A stretch of 62,766 nt of DNA, filler included, from Bonamia ostreae (lineage: Eukaryota), in assembly GCA_040357525.1 (NCBI GenBank). It is 24 parts of 24 records of this genome, joined end to end, with 100 filler letters (N's around TTAATTAATTAA, not from the genome) between each part and the next. Parts side by side here need not be neighbours in the genome. Positions count along the whole stretch, not along the records: positions 10,549 to 13,081 come from JBDODL010000789.1; positions 13,182 to 15,712 come from JBDODL010000790.1; positions 15,813 to 18,340 come from JBDODL010000791.1; positions 18,441 to 20,968 come from JBDODL010000792.1; positions 21,069 to 23,595 come from JBDODL010000793.1; positions 23,696 to 26,220 come from JBDODL010000794.1; 18 more parts are not named here. One strand, 5' to 3'. Below are positions 12,498 through 23,945 of this stretch, piece after piece (position 1 is the stretch's first letter; each line of letters starts with the position of its first letter). The position numbers were made by a program, and so were the translations under genes. A model generated the notes under the pieces. The model was given only the letters and a program-made list of their open reading frames with translations. It was not told the origin of the DNA and searched no databases.

Positions 12498-13081
12498 ATG
12501 GTCAAAACTTTAACGCTCAAAAACATCAACAAAAATATCATAAAATTTACTTATCAAGTGCGTGGACCTATTGTCAACAAAGCGTACCAAATTTTAGAGG
12601 AGCTCAAAACTCCCAACCACAACTACCCTTTTAAGAAGATTTATATGTGCAACATTGGCAATCCACAGGAATTGGGGCAGATGCCGATAACCTTCATGCG
12701 GCAGATGGTCGCAGCGTGCGTTTACCCCGAACTGATAAAGAACAAGTCTGTGCCTTCTGACGGTTGCCATTCCTCATAAATAGTCATCGCGCGCTCGAAG
12801 CGCTTGCTAGGAAGCAGGATGTCCATAGGAGCGTACACGCATTCGCAGGGATTGCCATCTGTCAGAAACAGCGTCGCCAATTATCTCACGAACAGAGACA
12901 ATTTCAAGTCCAACCCGGAGAACATCTTTCTCTCCAATGGCGCCACTCAGGTAATAAAAATGGCTCTTCAACTGCTCATCTCGTCTGAAAACGACGGGAT
13001 AATGGTGCCGATTCCGCAATATCCTCTATATTCGGCGAGCATTCAAATGTTCGGCGGAAACTTTATCGGGTTTGTTGTGAA
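12498..13081 (+). CDS. GPT: Alanine aminotransferase, 3'-truncated
   Basis: YQVRGPI, CNIGNPQELGQ, GAYTHSQG, IFLSNGA, MVPIPQYPLYSA; 21-nt intron 12763-12783. Confidence 0.93.
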
Positions 13082-13181
13082 NNNNNNNNNNNNNNNNNNN
13101 NNNNNNNNNNNNNNNNNNNNNNNNNTTAATTAATTAANNNNNNNNNNNNNNNNNNNNNNNNNNNNNNNNNNNNNNNNNNNN

Positions 13182-15712
13182 ACTTGCATTTCTGTGATGA
13201 GTAAACACATTAATTTAATTGAAATTGCGTCTTTAAATAAAGCATCATAGACTGCTATGGGTAACGCATGCGTGGGAATGTAGTCATAGTCAATGGCTAA
13301 CTTGAATCACAGAATACTGTGTAATTATCAATTTAAATGCTTATTCATAGAAATAATAAACAATGACTTGCGTTTTTGCAGTTACTCTCCTTACACTTGA
13401 TGTTGAGGACGCATATGTCTTTGCGGCCCTCAGCTTCATATGAATATTATTAAAAGTGTATAATAAAGGTTACAGTACTGAGTTCTTACAAATTATATCA
13501 TATCTATGATAAAGCAAAATTCAGTTTCTTCGATTTTATNNNNNNNNNNAGAACACTTTTTGAAATGTACATTTCATCATATTGTAGGGTTGGGAAGCCC
13601 ATGGGGATGTAACTGCCGTTTTTGATTTGGTTGTTTGTTTACATGCCGTCTTGAATTGACACCATAACGCTGAAGGTGAAGTGAAAAAATCTCAAAAGAA
13701 CAAAAAACAAACAAAACATCATGACCCTACATCGTCTGCGAAAACAAATCACACAAGGATACGTGTATAAAAATAATCTGTGACTAAAATCAATGTACAG
13801 TTATGTATTTTTCAGTCATTACACTTAATTCTTTGAAACATTCCGAAACTGGCATTAAAGTACAATCAAATATAATAATTTTTCTATCTATTCCTTGTAA
13901 TGATGTCAATAATTGTGAATCGTTACATTGTTTTTATTCCAACTGTTTTCCCCATTGTTTGTTTTATTCATTTTATTTACATTCAAAACAAGAGAGCATG
14001 ATGAAAGTCATATAAGATTACACGTGGAAAAATAAAAGCCATTAGTGAATCAAATCATGTGAAACATGTATTTCAAATAAGATTGATATACTGACTTTGG
14101 CTATCAATTTCTTTTTCTGGTTGTCCTTCTGAAAAAGAAAAAAAGAATTATTGATCATGATATATTGCTACTGGCATTGCATTAACTGATAATATGTAAA
14201 GACAAATTTACGGTTTTTTTATATACATTATATCACCAGAAAATGCGTACTCCTCCTAAGCATCTGATCCAACATCTAGAGTTACATGCTTACGTATTTG
14301 CCCTACTCTTAATTTTGTAATCTAAGTAGGATTTTTGAGGTTGATCATTATTCGTTATTTTCACCTTTTTTCATGAAGGATTGTGGATGTTTTACAAATA
14401 AAATGCAAATAAGACCTACAATATAGGTATACCTTAACAATGCAAAAGTAATTACATCATGGGCAGTAGATAGAATTTACGAATCAAGACTATCAACATG
14501 AAATACGATGAGTTCTTTTCTTACACAGCTTTCAGCTAGATTTAGGAACTAGAAGCAAAGAGTATCAAAACTGCTGAAGTGGTATGTTTCTGTCAAACTT
14601 ACCCCGTTACATATATATTCCTGCTTAGTAAATACGCTCTCAAACTATAATGCAATCGTCGTTCATTTTCTACCAGCTGATGTTGTAGCTGTTTCAGTTT
14701 CAAATATCAATATTGATCATATAGACTATTATGTTACAGTCAACTTATGATATGAATATACATACCTTTGTTATTTTTCACGTTTTCTGGTAATAGATTT
14801 AGAGACTCTCCGGCTATTTAATAATGAATAAAATAAGTTAAATAATATACGTTTGTATTAAAAAATAATAATTTCTTGATCATCTGCAAAACATCGGTAT
14901 ATGTACTTTTGTATCACACAAAATATACGAATGACCAAATATTAGCTACATATGTATCATACATACCAGCTCTGCCATCTTCTCTCACATTCGATTGTGA
15001 TTTCCGTGCTGGAAACAAATGACATTAACGTCATCAGCAAATTATATTGATCAAAATGTAATCTTGATATGAACTCTCATTTGTTATTTTCTGGTCCGAT
15101 ACAATACGATATTCAATATAACTCAAATATAGTAGCCTCATGATTAGGAGATTTTTTTATAATTAATTTTGATTTAGTTCGATGAGGGATTCCACACACT
15201 TTAATTCTACAGGATATTTCAGAAATCATACATCAATGCAAAATATCTCTCATTCCACTGTTTGATAGTATATGCATTCAAAGAAAGTCCTTGCTGAAGA
15301 ATTATATGAAATAAAACAGATTGTGTCGATAAATTCTTACTTCTATACTAATACTCTGTGGTTCAGAAGTACACAGATGATCTCTCATATTACAAATATG
15401 AGAGTGTTGCATACAATTGATATACTCCACTTTTTAATTTTGATCACAATAGTACTATAATGTTGAATTACTTTTTTTATCACTTGTTCAATACATTATG
15501 CATCGCTGATATAAGTGAAACACAAAATGAAATAAAACATGACAAAACCAATACTACTGTAATACATTTTCTGTATATACCTCGTCTTCGTCGATACAGC
15601 CATCCAAGCAATACAACAAACAGAACAATGACAAAAAGAATCAGGAGGTACCTGTAAGTAAAATGTATGCCCCTATGATACAGTTCCTTTAAGGTAGCTC
15701 ACTACATCAACA
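13182..15712 (-). other. Probable host/metazoan contig with a multi-exon TM-protein gene
   Basis: CpG-poor; short minus-strand exons (~15581-15651 YLLILFVIVLFVVLLGWLYRRR, ~14967-15008, ~14766-14812) with GTAT donors and introns of hundreds of nt, unlike the rest of the window. Confidence 0.65.
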
Positions 15713-15812
15713 NNNNNNNNNNNNNNNNNNNNNNNNNNNNNNNNNNNNNNNNNNNNTTAATTAATTAANNNNNNNNNNNNNNNNNNNNNNNNNNNNNNNN
15801 NNNNNNNNNNNN

Positions 15813-16828
15813 ATCTTTTTTACTAGTTTACATTGTTTTTTATAATCTCTGGCAATTTTTATTGTTTTAATGTATTGCATTTGTTTTTTCAATTTATTTC
15901 TTTTTTTAATTTGAATATCTATGTTTCTATTCCACCAAACATTACCGATATATTTTTGATTAAATGACATGTTTATTTTTTTACAGTTTTTATCTAATGC
16001 TTTTTTATAAATGTTCCTAAAATGATTATAAATTTCATTTATGTTTTCTTTTTTACATGTGTTTAGAAATTCAACTAAATTTAATTCAAGTTCTTTATTA
16101 AAATTTTCTATGTTTAGACTTTTCCAATTGTACATTTGCTTTTTTTTAGTTTTGGACTTTGTTTCAATGCTAATGTCAAATTTAACAGGCAAATGATCAC
16201 TACCAACATTAATTAATGTACAAATATTATCAATTTTGTTCTCAAAATTCTTTTTTGTTATAACTAAATCCACATTAGATTTTTCTTTGAAATTATTTAT
16301 TAATGTATATTGGATTTTACCATGTATTTGTAACTTTTTTTCTACTATCAAATTATGTAATTTAATACCGTTCAAGTTATTTATATTATTCGACCAAATT
16401 TTATTTTTTGAATTAAAATCACCGCAAATGACACTTTTATTATCAAATTTTATGTCATCATATAATTCTTTAAAATTTATATTTTTAGACGGGATAACGT
16501 ATATATTAAATAATCTTAAACAATTATTTTTATTATCATAAATTTTTATTCCTTGGATTTCATATCCACAGTTATCATCTAATTTTAGATGTTTTAGATT
16601 TATTACATCAAATTTTATTCTATTTTTTATATAGATTACAAGACCACCACCTTTTTTATTATGTGATCTACATAATTCTATACAGTTGAACAACTTTATA
16701 TTAATTATTTTTTTTGTCCATACTTCTTGGACACATATTATATCAGGTTGATTGTTTTTTATCAAATTTTTTATTTCGTTTATATTTTTATTTAATGACC
16801 TTGCATTTAATGAAATAATTCTTAACAT
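15813..16828 (-). CDS. Retrotransposon ORF2, apurinic-like endonuclease domain (truncated)
   Basis: ISLNARSL, DIICVQEVW, GGGLVIYIK, ICGDFNS, VDLVIT, SDHLPV, followed by linker with WWN motif typical of LINE ORF2. Confidence 0.92.
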
Positions 16829-18273
16829 TTTGTCATATTATTACTATCATTCATTTTCTTATTTATTGCTAGTAAAATTTTATCAAAATAATTTTGAAGT
16901 TTTACTTCTACAATATTCATTATTTTATTAATTAATTGTTCTTCATTTATAATATTCGAGTTTATTTTGTTACTGATATTTTTGTTTTCGTTATTATAAT
17001 TATTTATAATTTTTTCTTTATTTTTGTTATTTATAATTTTATTCTCTTTTGCGATTGGAATATTAATACTTTTAGATTTAACTTTGTTTTCTTCTGTGGT
17101 TTTTTCGTTTTTACTTTTCTTTTTATATAATCTTTTAGCTTTTTTTAATACATCTTCATCAAATGTAAACAATTTATCATTATTTTTATCTTCTAATAAC
17201 ATCCACCGATTTTTTGAAATTATTTTTAATTGTTTATCTTTACATTGAAATGAATTTGATTTATGATTTTTTGAACAAAAACGACATACTACACTTGCAT
17301 TGATACAAATCTCTGCAGTGTGTCCATATTTTTGACACCTAAAACATTGTGTTATGTTTTTATTTATATATCTAGATACTTTGAAATCTCTGCGCGCAAC
17401 AGTAAATTTTTTATTATTAATAAGGTGTTCATACATATGTTGATCTTTTAAATTAACAAAGCCAGTACTAAACATTTCATTATTTTTTAATGGTTTGAAT
17501 ACAATGTTTGTAAATCTTATATTCTCACTTTCAAAATACCTTTTTAAGTCATCAACTGTTATATACTTTGGTATATGGTGAATTACTATTTTATATAAGC
17601 TATGGGTATTATCAATTATTTCAGCCGACTCACCAAATTTTTTAGGGTTTACATTAAATTGAGCCTTTTTTTTGTCTTCATAACTTTTAAAAAATACTCT
17701 TATGTCGCCATATGGCAACAAGTCGCATTCAATAGCTTCTTTAAAATTTTCGGCAACAATCATTTTCAATTTAAAATTGTTCAAGTATATTTTTTTATTT
17801 TCAATATTTTTGATTAATAACGAATGAAAATTTTTATTATCAAATTGTGAATGCAACTCATCACTTTTATAGAACTTTCGTTTTTTATTTAACGTATGAA
17901 AATTTTTATTAGATATTGAAACATGGTCTTCAGTAGTTATTTGAGCTGGTATTAACTCAGCAAACGTTTTAGACTTTATTTGTGGCTCTACTCTATATCC
18001 ATTTTCTATGAGCCATTTCGAGTATTTTTCAAAGCGTTTTTGGCTCATATTAATTTTTTCTTCAGTTATTGGCAGTGTATTATTATTTTCGGTCGTAGAG
18101 CTGTCAAAAAACAGTTTTTTGTTCGAAACTGAAATTCCCGTTTTTTTAGACTTTTTTGATATAATATTTTTTTTCAGCGGTTTTTCAGTTGTGCTTTTCA
18201 GCCTAGAATCGGACAGAGGGGGGGTGTCCTTTGTGTTCTTATTGCTTTCCGAAGTGTTTCCACTTGTGTTCAT
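16822..18273 (-). CDS. Retrotransposon ORF1, gag-like nucleic-acid-binding protein
   Basis: 483 aa; RRM-like KIVIHHIPKYITVDDLKRYF; zinc knuckle CFRCQKYGHTAEIC (CX2CX4HX4C) followed by CRFCSKNH. Confidence 0.9.
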   Translation of the reverse strand: MNTSGNTSESNKNTKDTPPLSDSRLKSTTEKPLKKNIISKKSKKTGISVSNKKLFFDSSTTENNNTLPITEEKINMSQKRFEKYSKWLIENGYRVEPQIKSKTFAELIPAQITTEDHVSISNKNFHTLNKKRKFYKSDELHSQFDNKNFHSLLIKNIENKKIYLNNFKLKMIVAENFKEAIECDLLPYGDIRVFFKSYEDKKKAQFNVNPKKFGESAEIIDNTHSLYKIVIHHIPKYITVDDLKRYFESENIRFTNIVFKPLKNNEMFSTGFVNLKDQHMYEHLINNKKFTVARRDFKVSRYINKNITQCFRCQKYGHTAEICINASVVCRFCSKNHKSNSFQCKDKQLKIISKNRWMLLEDKNNDKLFTFDEDVLKKAKRLYKKKSKNEKTTEENKVKSKSINIPIAKENKIINNKNKEKIINNYNNENKNISNKINSNIINEEQLINKIMNIVEVKLQNYFDKILLAINKKMNDSNNMTKC

Positions 18274-18292
18274 TTGCGTTTTTTTATTATAT

Positions 18293-18340
18293 TTAGGGTT
18301 AGGGTTAGGGTTTTTTTTTAGGGTTAGGGTTAGGGTTAGG
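18293..18340 (+). repeat. Telomeric repeat tract (TTAGGG)n, one unit with T9 instead of T2
   Basis: (TTAGGG)3-TTTTTTTTTAGGG-(TTAGGG)2-TTAGG running to the contig end. Confidence 0.9.
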
Positions 18341-18440
18341 NNNNNNNNNNNNNNNNNNNNNNNNNNNNNNNNNNNNNNNNNNNNTTAATTAATTAANNNN
18401 NNNNNNNNNNNNNNNNNNNNNNNNNNNNNNNNNNNNNNNN

Positions 18441-20968
18441 TTACTTATTCGAATATCTGAAATTGCTTTTGGTGAATGGTAACATCCCATCAAAAGTACT
18501 TTGCAGTTTTTGTGGGACAATATTTTTTGTTTTGTTTTTTCATCGTCGCATTCAACGCTAACGATGGAACAACCCAATCTTATCCCAAACCGGATAAAAC
18601 TCGCGTAGAGATTTTTGTTGTCTGGGAAATATCCTCCCTTTGACTTTGGTAACAATGTGAATATCACTGGTAACTCAGTCGCATTCCAAATATTGTAAAG
18701 TTGTTTAGCGATAAAAATGTCGGAAAAGTTTTTGAGCATATCTACTCTCATTTCTACCGCGTTGTGACCGGTTGTCATTTTTGCAACTTGGTCTAAATTC
18801 TTAATTTTTGTTTTGAATTTTTACCGATTTTTGTTTTGAAATATTTTGTAATTAAAACGGAATATTCTGGAAGGGTAAGACATGCCATGAAAGATTGCCT
18901 TGACAAATATTCTTTAAGGTTAATTTTGGGTTGGAAAATTTTTTTGCAAAATAGAGCAAAATTTTTCTTATCTTTAGCCAAATCTTCAGTTACATAAAAT
19001 TCATATTTGGAAAGTTTTTTATATAACACTTTTCTGTTAAAATAGACATCTCTTTTCAAAATTTAAAGCAAAATTTAGAAAATTTTTAAAAAACAGCATT
19101 TTTCAATTTTATATCATTTGGAAAAAGTTAAATTTTTTTAAAAACAAAAAATCGCAATTCGGCAAACTGATTCTTTTGTTCTTTTCTTTTTGAAAAAGCG
19201 TTTCCTTTATTTTTTCAATATCTCTCACGACAAAAACGACGCAGCAATTTTTTACCATTTTTGAAAAAAGGGCAGTTTCAACAATACCTCCTCCACAAGA
19301 AATAATGGTGTTCCCCTTTTTTTCTAAAATGGCTGAGAAAGTTTCAATTTCCATTTTTCGAAATTTGGCCCAGCCGTTTTTGCGAATAAATTTATTTAAT
19401 GACAAATTAAGCACTTTTTCCATTTGTGCGTCAATATCAAAAAAGTTTGAATTTAGTTTTTCTGCTGCGTATTTTGACAATGTTGTTTTTCCGGCAGCTC
19501 TAAATATATTTTTGTTGTTATCGAAAAAACACTTTGATCAAAATATTGTTACCAAAAAGCACTTTGATCAAAATATTGTTATCGAAAAAATACTTTAATC
19601 AAAATATTGTTATCAAAAAAGCACTTTAATCAAAATATTGTTATCAAAAAAGCACTTTAATCAAAATATTGTTATCAAAAAATCACTTTGATCAAAATAT
19701 TGTTACCAAAAAAACACTTTGATCAAAATATTGTTATCGAAAAAACACTTTGATCAAAATATTGTCATCAAAAAAATACTTTAATCAAAATATTGTTATC
19801 GAAAAAGTACTTTAATCAAAATATTGTTATCGAAAAAATACTTTAATTAAAATATTGATATCTAAAAATTACTTTAATCAAAACAAAACCTCATTCCAAT
19901 TACAATAATTTTGTTACAATATTCAAAATTAAATTCTGATTTTTTATTAATCGCCATTTTCGCAGCTCTGAAATTATGTTTTAAATCAAAAGTTTTTTCT
20001 ATTTGTCTGAAAAATGACGGAAAAGTTTTTTCGACGCAATATTTATCAGAAATGATAACGTTCTCGGTTATTAAACCAAGCAAAGAAAAACTCATCGCTA
20101 AACGGTGATCGTTTTTGCAATCTATTACAGTCCCTTTCAATCTTTTTAATTTAAAAGTCGGTTTTCAATTAAACATATTTTTCGTATTCAAATTTTTCGT
20201 ATTCAATTTAAACAAATTGCAATTAAACAAATTTATTCAATTAAAAAAATGTTCACAAAATTAACGGTTTACCGCCTTTTATAATAAGTCCAGTCTTAGT
20301 TTCTAAAGCTTTGACGCCCATTTTATTTAAATTTGTTACAACTGATTCGATTCTATTGCTTTCTTTCAATCTTTGGTTCTTCAAATTAAATTGTTACAAA
20401 AATAATCGTCCCAATAAATAACTTGAATATTGAAAATCTCAGTTGTTCCGTTAGTGACAGCGGCAACCATCGACATCGCCATAAAAGAGTCGGTGCAATT
20501 TGACATATCAATTTTTTCGAGCGATTTTAGGATTTCTTGATTTCCACGTTTTTCTAGAACCAAATTTTCTTCGTCTCTGTAAACTTTGATCCCCATTTTT
20601 TGTAACAAAGATACGAAAATTGCTTCTCCTTGTAATTTTGTGTTCGGGTACTTCATAACAACGATTTTCTGATTTGTTATCGCGGCTGCAGCTAAAAAGT
20701 ACTTTTTGTTTAAAAATGTTACTGCTGCTGACGAAGCGTCTGGTTCGATGTGTATATCAGACGGGTTTCGGTAGCAACCCTTTTCTACAACAAACTTTTA
20801 ATTTTTTAGGAATAAACGATGGATTTCTTTATTTGTTTAACTTTTGCTCCGAATTGATGCATTAATTCTATCGTCATTGTTACATAGCTCTCAGAAGTTA
20901 TTTTTGTTGCCGTTTTTTCTTTATCTCCTTCCTATTTTAATTCATCGGTAACAATTATAAAAGTTTTT
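18441..20968 (-). CDS. ARO1: Pentafunctional AROM polypeptide, internal part (EPSP synthase, shikimate kinase, type I dehydroquinase)
   Basis: IEPDASSA, LQGEAIF, DMSNCTDSF, NQRLKESNRI, NDHRLAMSFS, CVEKTFPSFF; IGMR|AAGKTT P-loop, ISCGGGIVE; AVEMRVDML, PVIFTL. Confidence 0.92.
19515..19885. repeat. Intronic minisatellite, ~30-31-nt unit, about 11-12 copies
   Basis: AAAAA(G/C/T)ACTTT(G/A)ATCAAAATATTGTTATC tandem units inside AROM intron 19500-19889. Confidence 0.9.
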
Positions 20969-21237
20969 NNNNNNNNNNNNNNNNNNNNNNNNNNNNNNNN
21001 NNNNNNNNNNNNTTAATTAATTAANNNNNNNNNNNNNNNNNNNNNNNNNNNNNNNNNNNNNNNNNNNNAAAATTATTTATTTTCGATATTAAATCATTTG
21101 AGGGAGAGGATTTAAATGACAGATTGATTTGATAACAAATTTGCATTAAACATTGCTTTGATAAATTTGTGAATATTTATTATTGTTTAAAGACTGATTT
21201 GCGAAAAATTAATATTTGTAAATAAGATCATTTGCAT

Positions 21238-21681
21238 TTAATAATATATCTTGTTTTTGTTCTCTTTAAGAGTTGCCATCAAAATAAATATTGAAACGCA
21301 ATCAATAAAAATACATGAAGCGCAAAGATAGAACAAATTAAATTCTATTTCTGAGTTCAATCCAATTTCGACGACTAACATTATTTCGACACTCATCAAT
21401 ATGATAATGGAAATAGAAATGTATCCAAAAATCAATATTTTTTTAAACCAGATAAAAAACAGCGCCAAGACAAATAAAGCAGCGTCAATAAAAATTACTA
21501 AATTTTCAAAATAAAAACATAAACAAACAGACATCATAAATATCGACATATTGCTCACCTTTTCTTGAAAATCATAACCCAATTTGTTGATATAGAAAAG
21601 AAATATCATTTCAATACCGACTTTGATGACATGGACAAGAATGTTTATTCCATAGATGAGTTTTGGGATATCGGGCATCAA
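21238..21681 (-). CDS. Hypothetical multi-pass membrane protein (start uncertain)
   Basis: 147-aa frame with about four hydrophobic helices. Confidence 0.45.
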   Translation of the reverse strand: MMPDIPKLIYGINILVHVIKVGIEMIFLFYINKLGYDFQEKVSNMSIFMMSVCLCFYFENLVIFIDAALFVLALFFIWFKKILIFGYISISIIILMSVEIMLVVEIGLNSEIEFNLFYLCASCIFIDCVSIFILMATLKENKNKIYY

Positions 21682-22193
21682 TTAAGAGTAATTATGATAA
21701 TTGCTTTATCGTTATAGTACCAAATGAATATAAGACAGAGAGATTAAGATAACTCTTTTTTTGTGGGTTTAATGTTGACTTTGGGAAGATATCTGTAATG
21801 TTAAAAAATAATCCACGTTCTGTTATATTGACGATAAGAAACAATTTTAAAAATTTTTAATCAGCAAATTTATTAAATCTTTTGACAAATAAATTTATTA
21901 AACGGCGATATTTTCGCAAATAAATTTGATTCATTTCAAGTTTGTTCAAACAATTTTTTGTAATTGCCAAAAAAATTGTTCCGAGAAAAAATTAGAATCG
22001 TTTGATTTTTATTATTACAATAAAAAATTGGTCGTTTTCGAATAAAAAGAAGACAAAATATAATTTTATAATTGGTTGAAAAGGACTGAAGAGACAAACA
22101 AAACAAAAATGAAATAAAAAGAAGAAGTCACCGCAACATTTTCTTTAATGTTGAAATTCGAAAATTTTATTTAAAATGGAAATGACGATACAT

Positions 22194-23187
22194 TTAAAAT
22201 ATCGCACAACATTTGCTCGAAGACTTTTCTTTTTTCGTCTTTGGGACTTTTTTCTCTGTTTTCTCTTTTTTTTCGGTCGCGCTCTTCTCCTTTCTCGTTT
22301 CCTCTTTTTCGCTCTTTCGCGTTTTCTCCTTTTCTTCCTCGTTCGTTTCCTCCATCTTATCCTCTTCTTCGGATATTTTGTCCCGCGGCTCCTCCTCTTT
22401 TTCCTCTTCGAGCTTTTTAATGTGTTGCTCTAACTTCTCCGGAACCTTTCCATCGTTTGTTCTAATAGCATCTAAAGCTTTGTTGAGAAGCGGGAGATGG
22501 GAATGGTGTGAACAATGTTTGCACAAGATTTCGGTGATCTCATCTTGCGGAATTGCGATTTTGGCGTTTTCGGAAAAACGCCAAACGATTTGCTGTTCGT
22601 CGTTGGAATCAACGAAAGATTGGAATTGGGCGGAAATTTGGTTGATTTTTTCAGCGCGCGCTTTTTCGTCGAGCAATGAAAATTCGCGTCGCATTTCGAA
22701 GATTTTGATGGTTCTATTTTGAAAAATAAAATCGCAAAAACTCTTCTTTCTTTTTGGAATCGGCTTTTTGTTTTTGCTCCAATTGCTCTTTCTCCTTTTT
22801 CTCCATCTCTTCTTTTTCTTTTTTCTGCTCTTCCATAATGCGGCGAGCTTCTTTCTGCTTTTCGAACATGTCTGCCTCATTCTTTTTTCTTTGGTCTTCC
22901 ATCTCTTGAGCTTCTTTTTGCTTCTTCTCTCTCATTTCTTCTTCGAACTTGAAAATGGACGCAGTTTGCTGTTCTTGGTTTTTAAACGCCTTCTCGCGTT
23001 CGTCGGTGGTGAAGGCTTCCAAATTTTCCAGAGTTGGCTTTTCTTCTTTTTCTGCTCTGTCTCTATTGGCGTCATCTCGTTCAGCGGTTTTCTCAGTTTT
23101 GCTTTCGACGACGGCCGCGTCTTTCGTCGTCGAAGTTATTTTTGTTTCGTTTTCTGATATTTCTGTTTGTTTTTGCTTGCCGTCCAT
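22194..23187 (-). CDS. Glu/Lys-rich coiled-coil protein ending in a CaaX-type motif
   Basis: Two ORFs joined by a 28-nt GTTTTT...ATAG intron near 22714-22741; C-terminus KTKKEKSSSKCCAIF. Confidence 0.75.
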
Positions 23188-23945
23188 CTTAAATTGTTTA
23201 GATAAATTTTAGTCAAAATTATAAATGTTTTAATTTTGAGAATTAATAATTTTGTATAAATTTGTTTTGTTTGGATTTTAAGCTAAATGGCAAAGTTGAG
23301 ATCAAAAGTTGAGCCATTTCAACTTTCTAATCGAAACTTTGTCGATTTGCGAAAATTGACAAAACACATTTGCAAAAATGGTTAAATAATTTACGTTGTA
23401 TGTTCGGAAAGTAAAATTTTGTAAATAATTAGTATTAAAAAGCAGTTTTTCAATTTTGAAGGAAATATTTTGTAAATCTGTAAACAACAAAAATGTCAAT
23501 TTTCCGGTAAAATTATTTTATTAAAAATCGGTTGTTTGCGCCTTAAATAAAGACGAATTAATAGAGCTTATTCCAGCACTTCAAGGAAGAGAAGANNNNN
23601 NNNNNNNNNNNNNNNNNNNNNNNNNNNNNNNNNNNNNNNTTAATTAATTAANNNNNNNNNNNNNNNNNNNNNNNNNNNNNNNNNNNNNNNNNNNNAGAAC
23701 AACGACATAACAAAAACGAACAAATAATCAATCTTCTGCACCCACCGAAACACACAATCCCACAAAAAGCGGCTTTACCTATCCCAACAACACAAAGTCC
23801 CAAATTTTTACACAAATGAAGCTACAACCTGATAGCAACTTAGCTAAATCTAATCTCGAAATGGTTAAACTTTTAAAACGACATAACTTCGAAAACGAAG
23901 CGCCGTCAAACCACCAAAAAATGAATAGGAAATTGAGAGATTTTA

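Larger units (their letters stand above)
15813..18292 (-). mobile_element. Non-LTR retrotransposon (APE-type, two ORFs) adjacent to telomeric repeats; RT domain lies beyond the contig end
   Basis: Intronless gag-like ORF1 overlapping an APE endonuclease ORF2; 5' end abuts TTAGGG repeats. Confidence 0.9.

Noticed and set aside
18008-18388. ORF ending in LGLGLG/RVRVRVR
   Set aside because: Translation of the telomeric tract and the antisense of ORF1.
19515-19885. ~30-nt repeats as a CRISPR array (also 47340-47541)
   Set aside because: Units are head-to-tail with no unique spacers, in eukaryotic DNA, with no cas genes.
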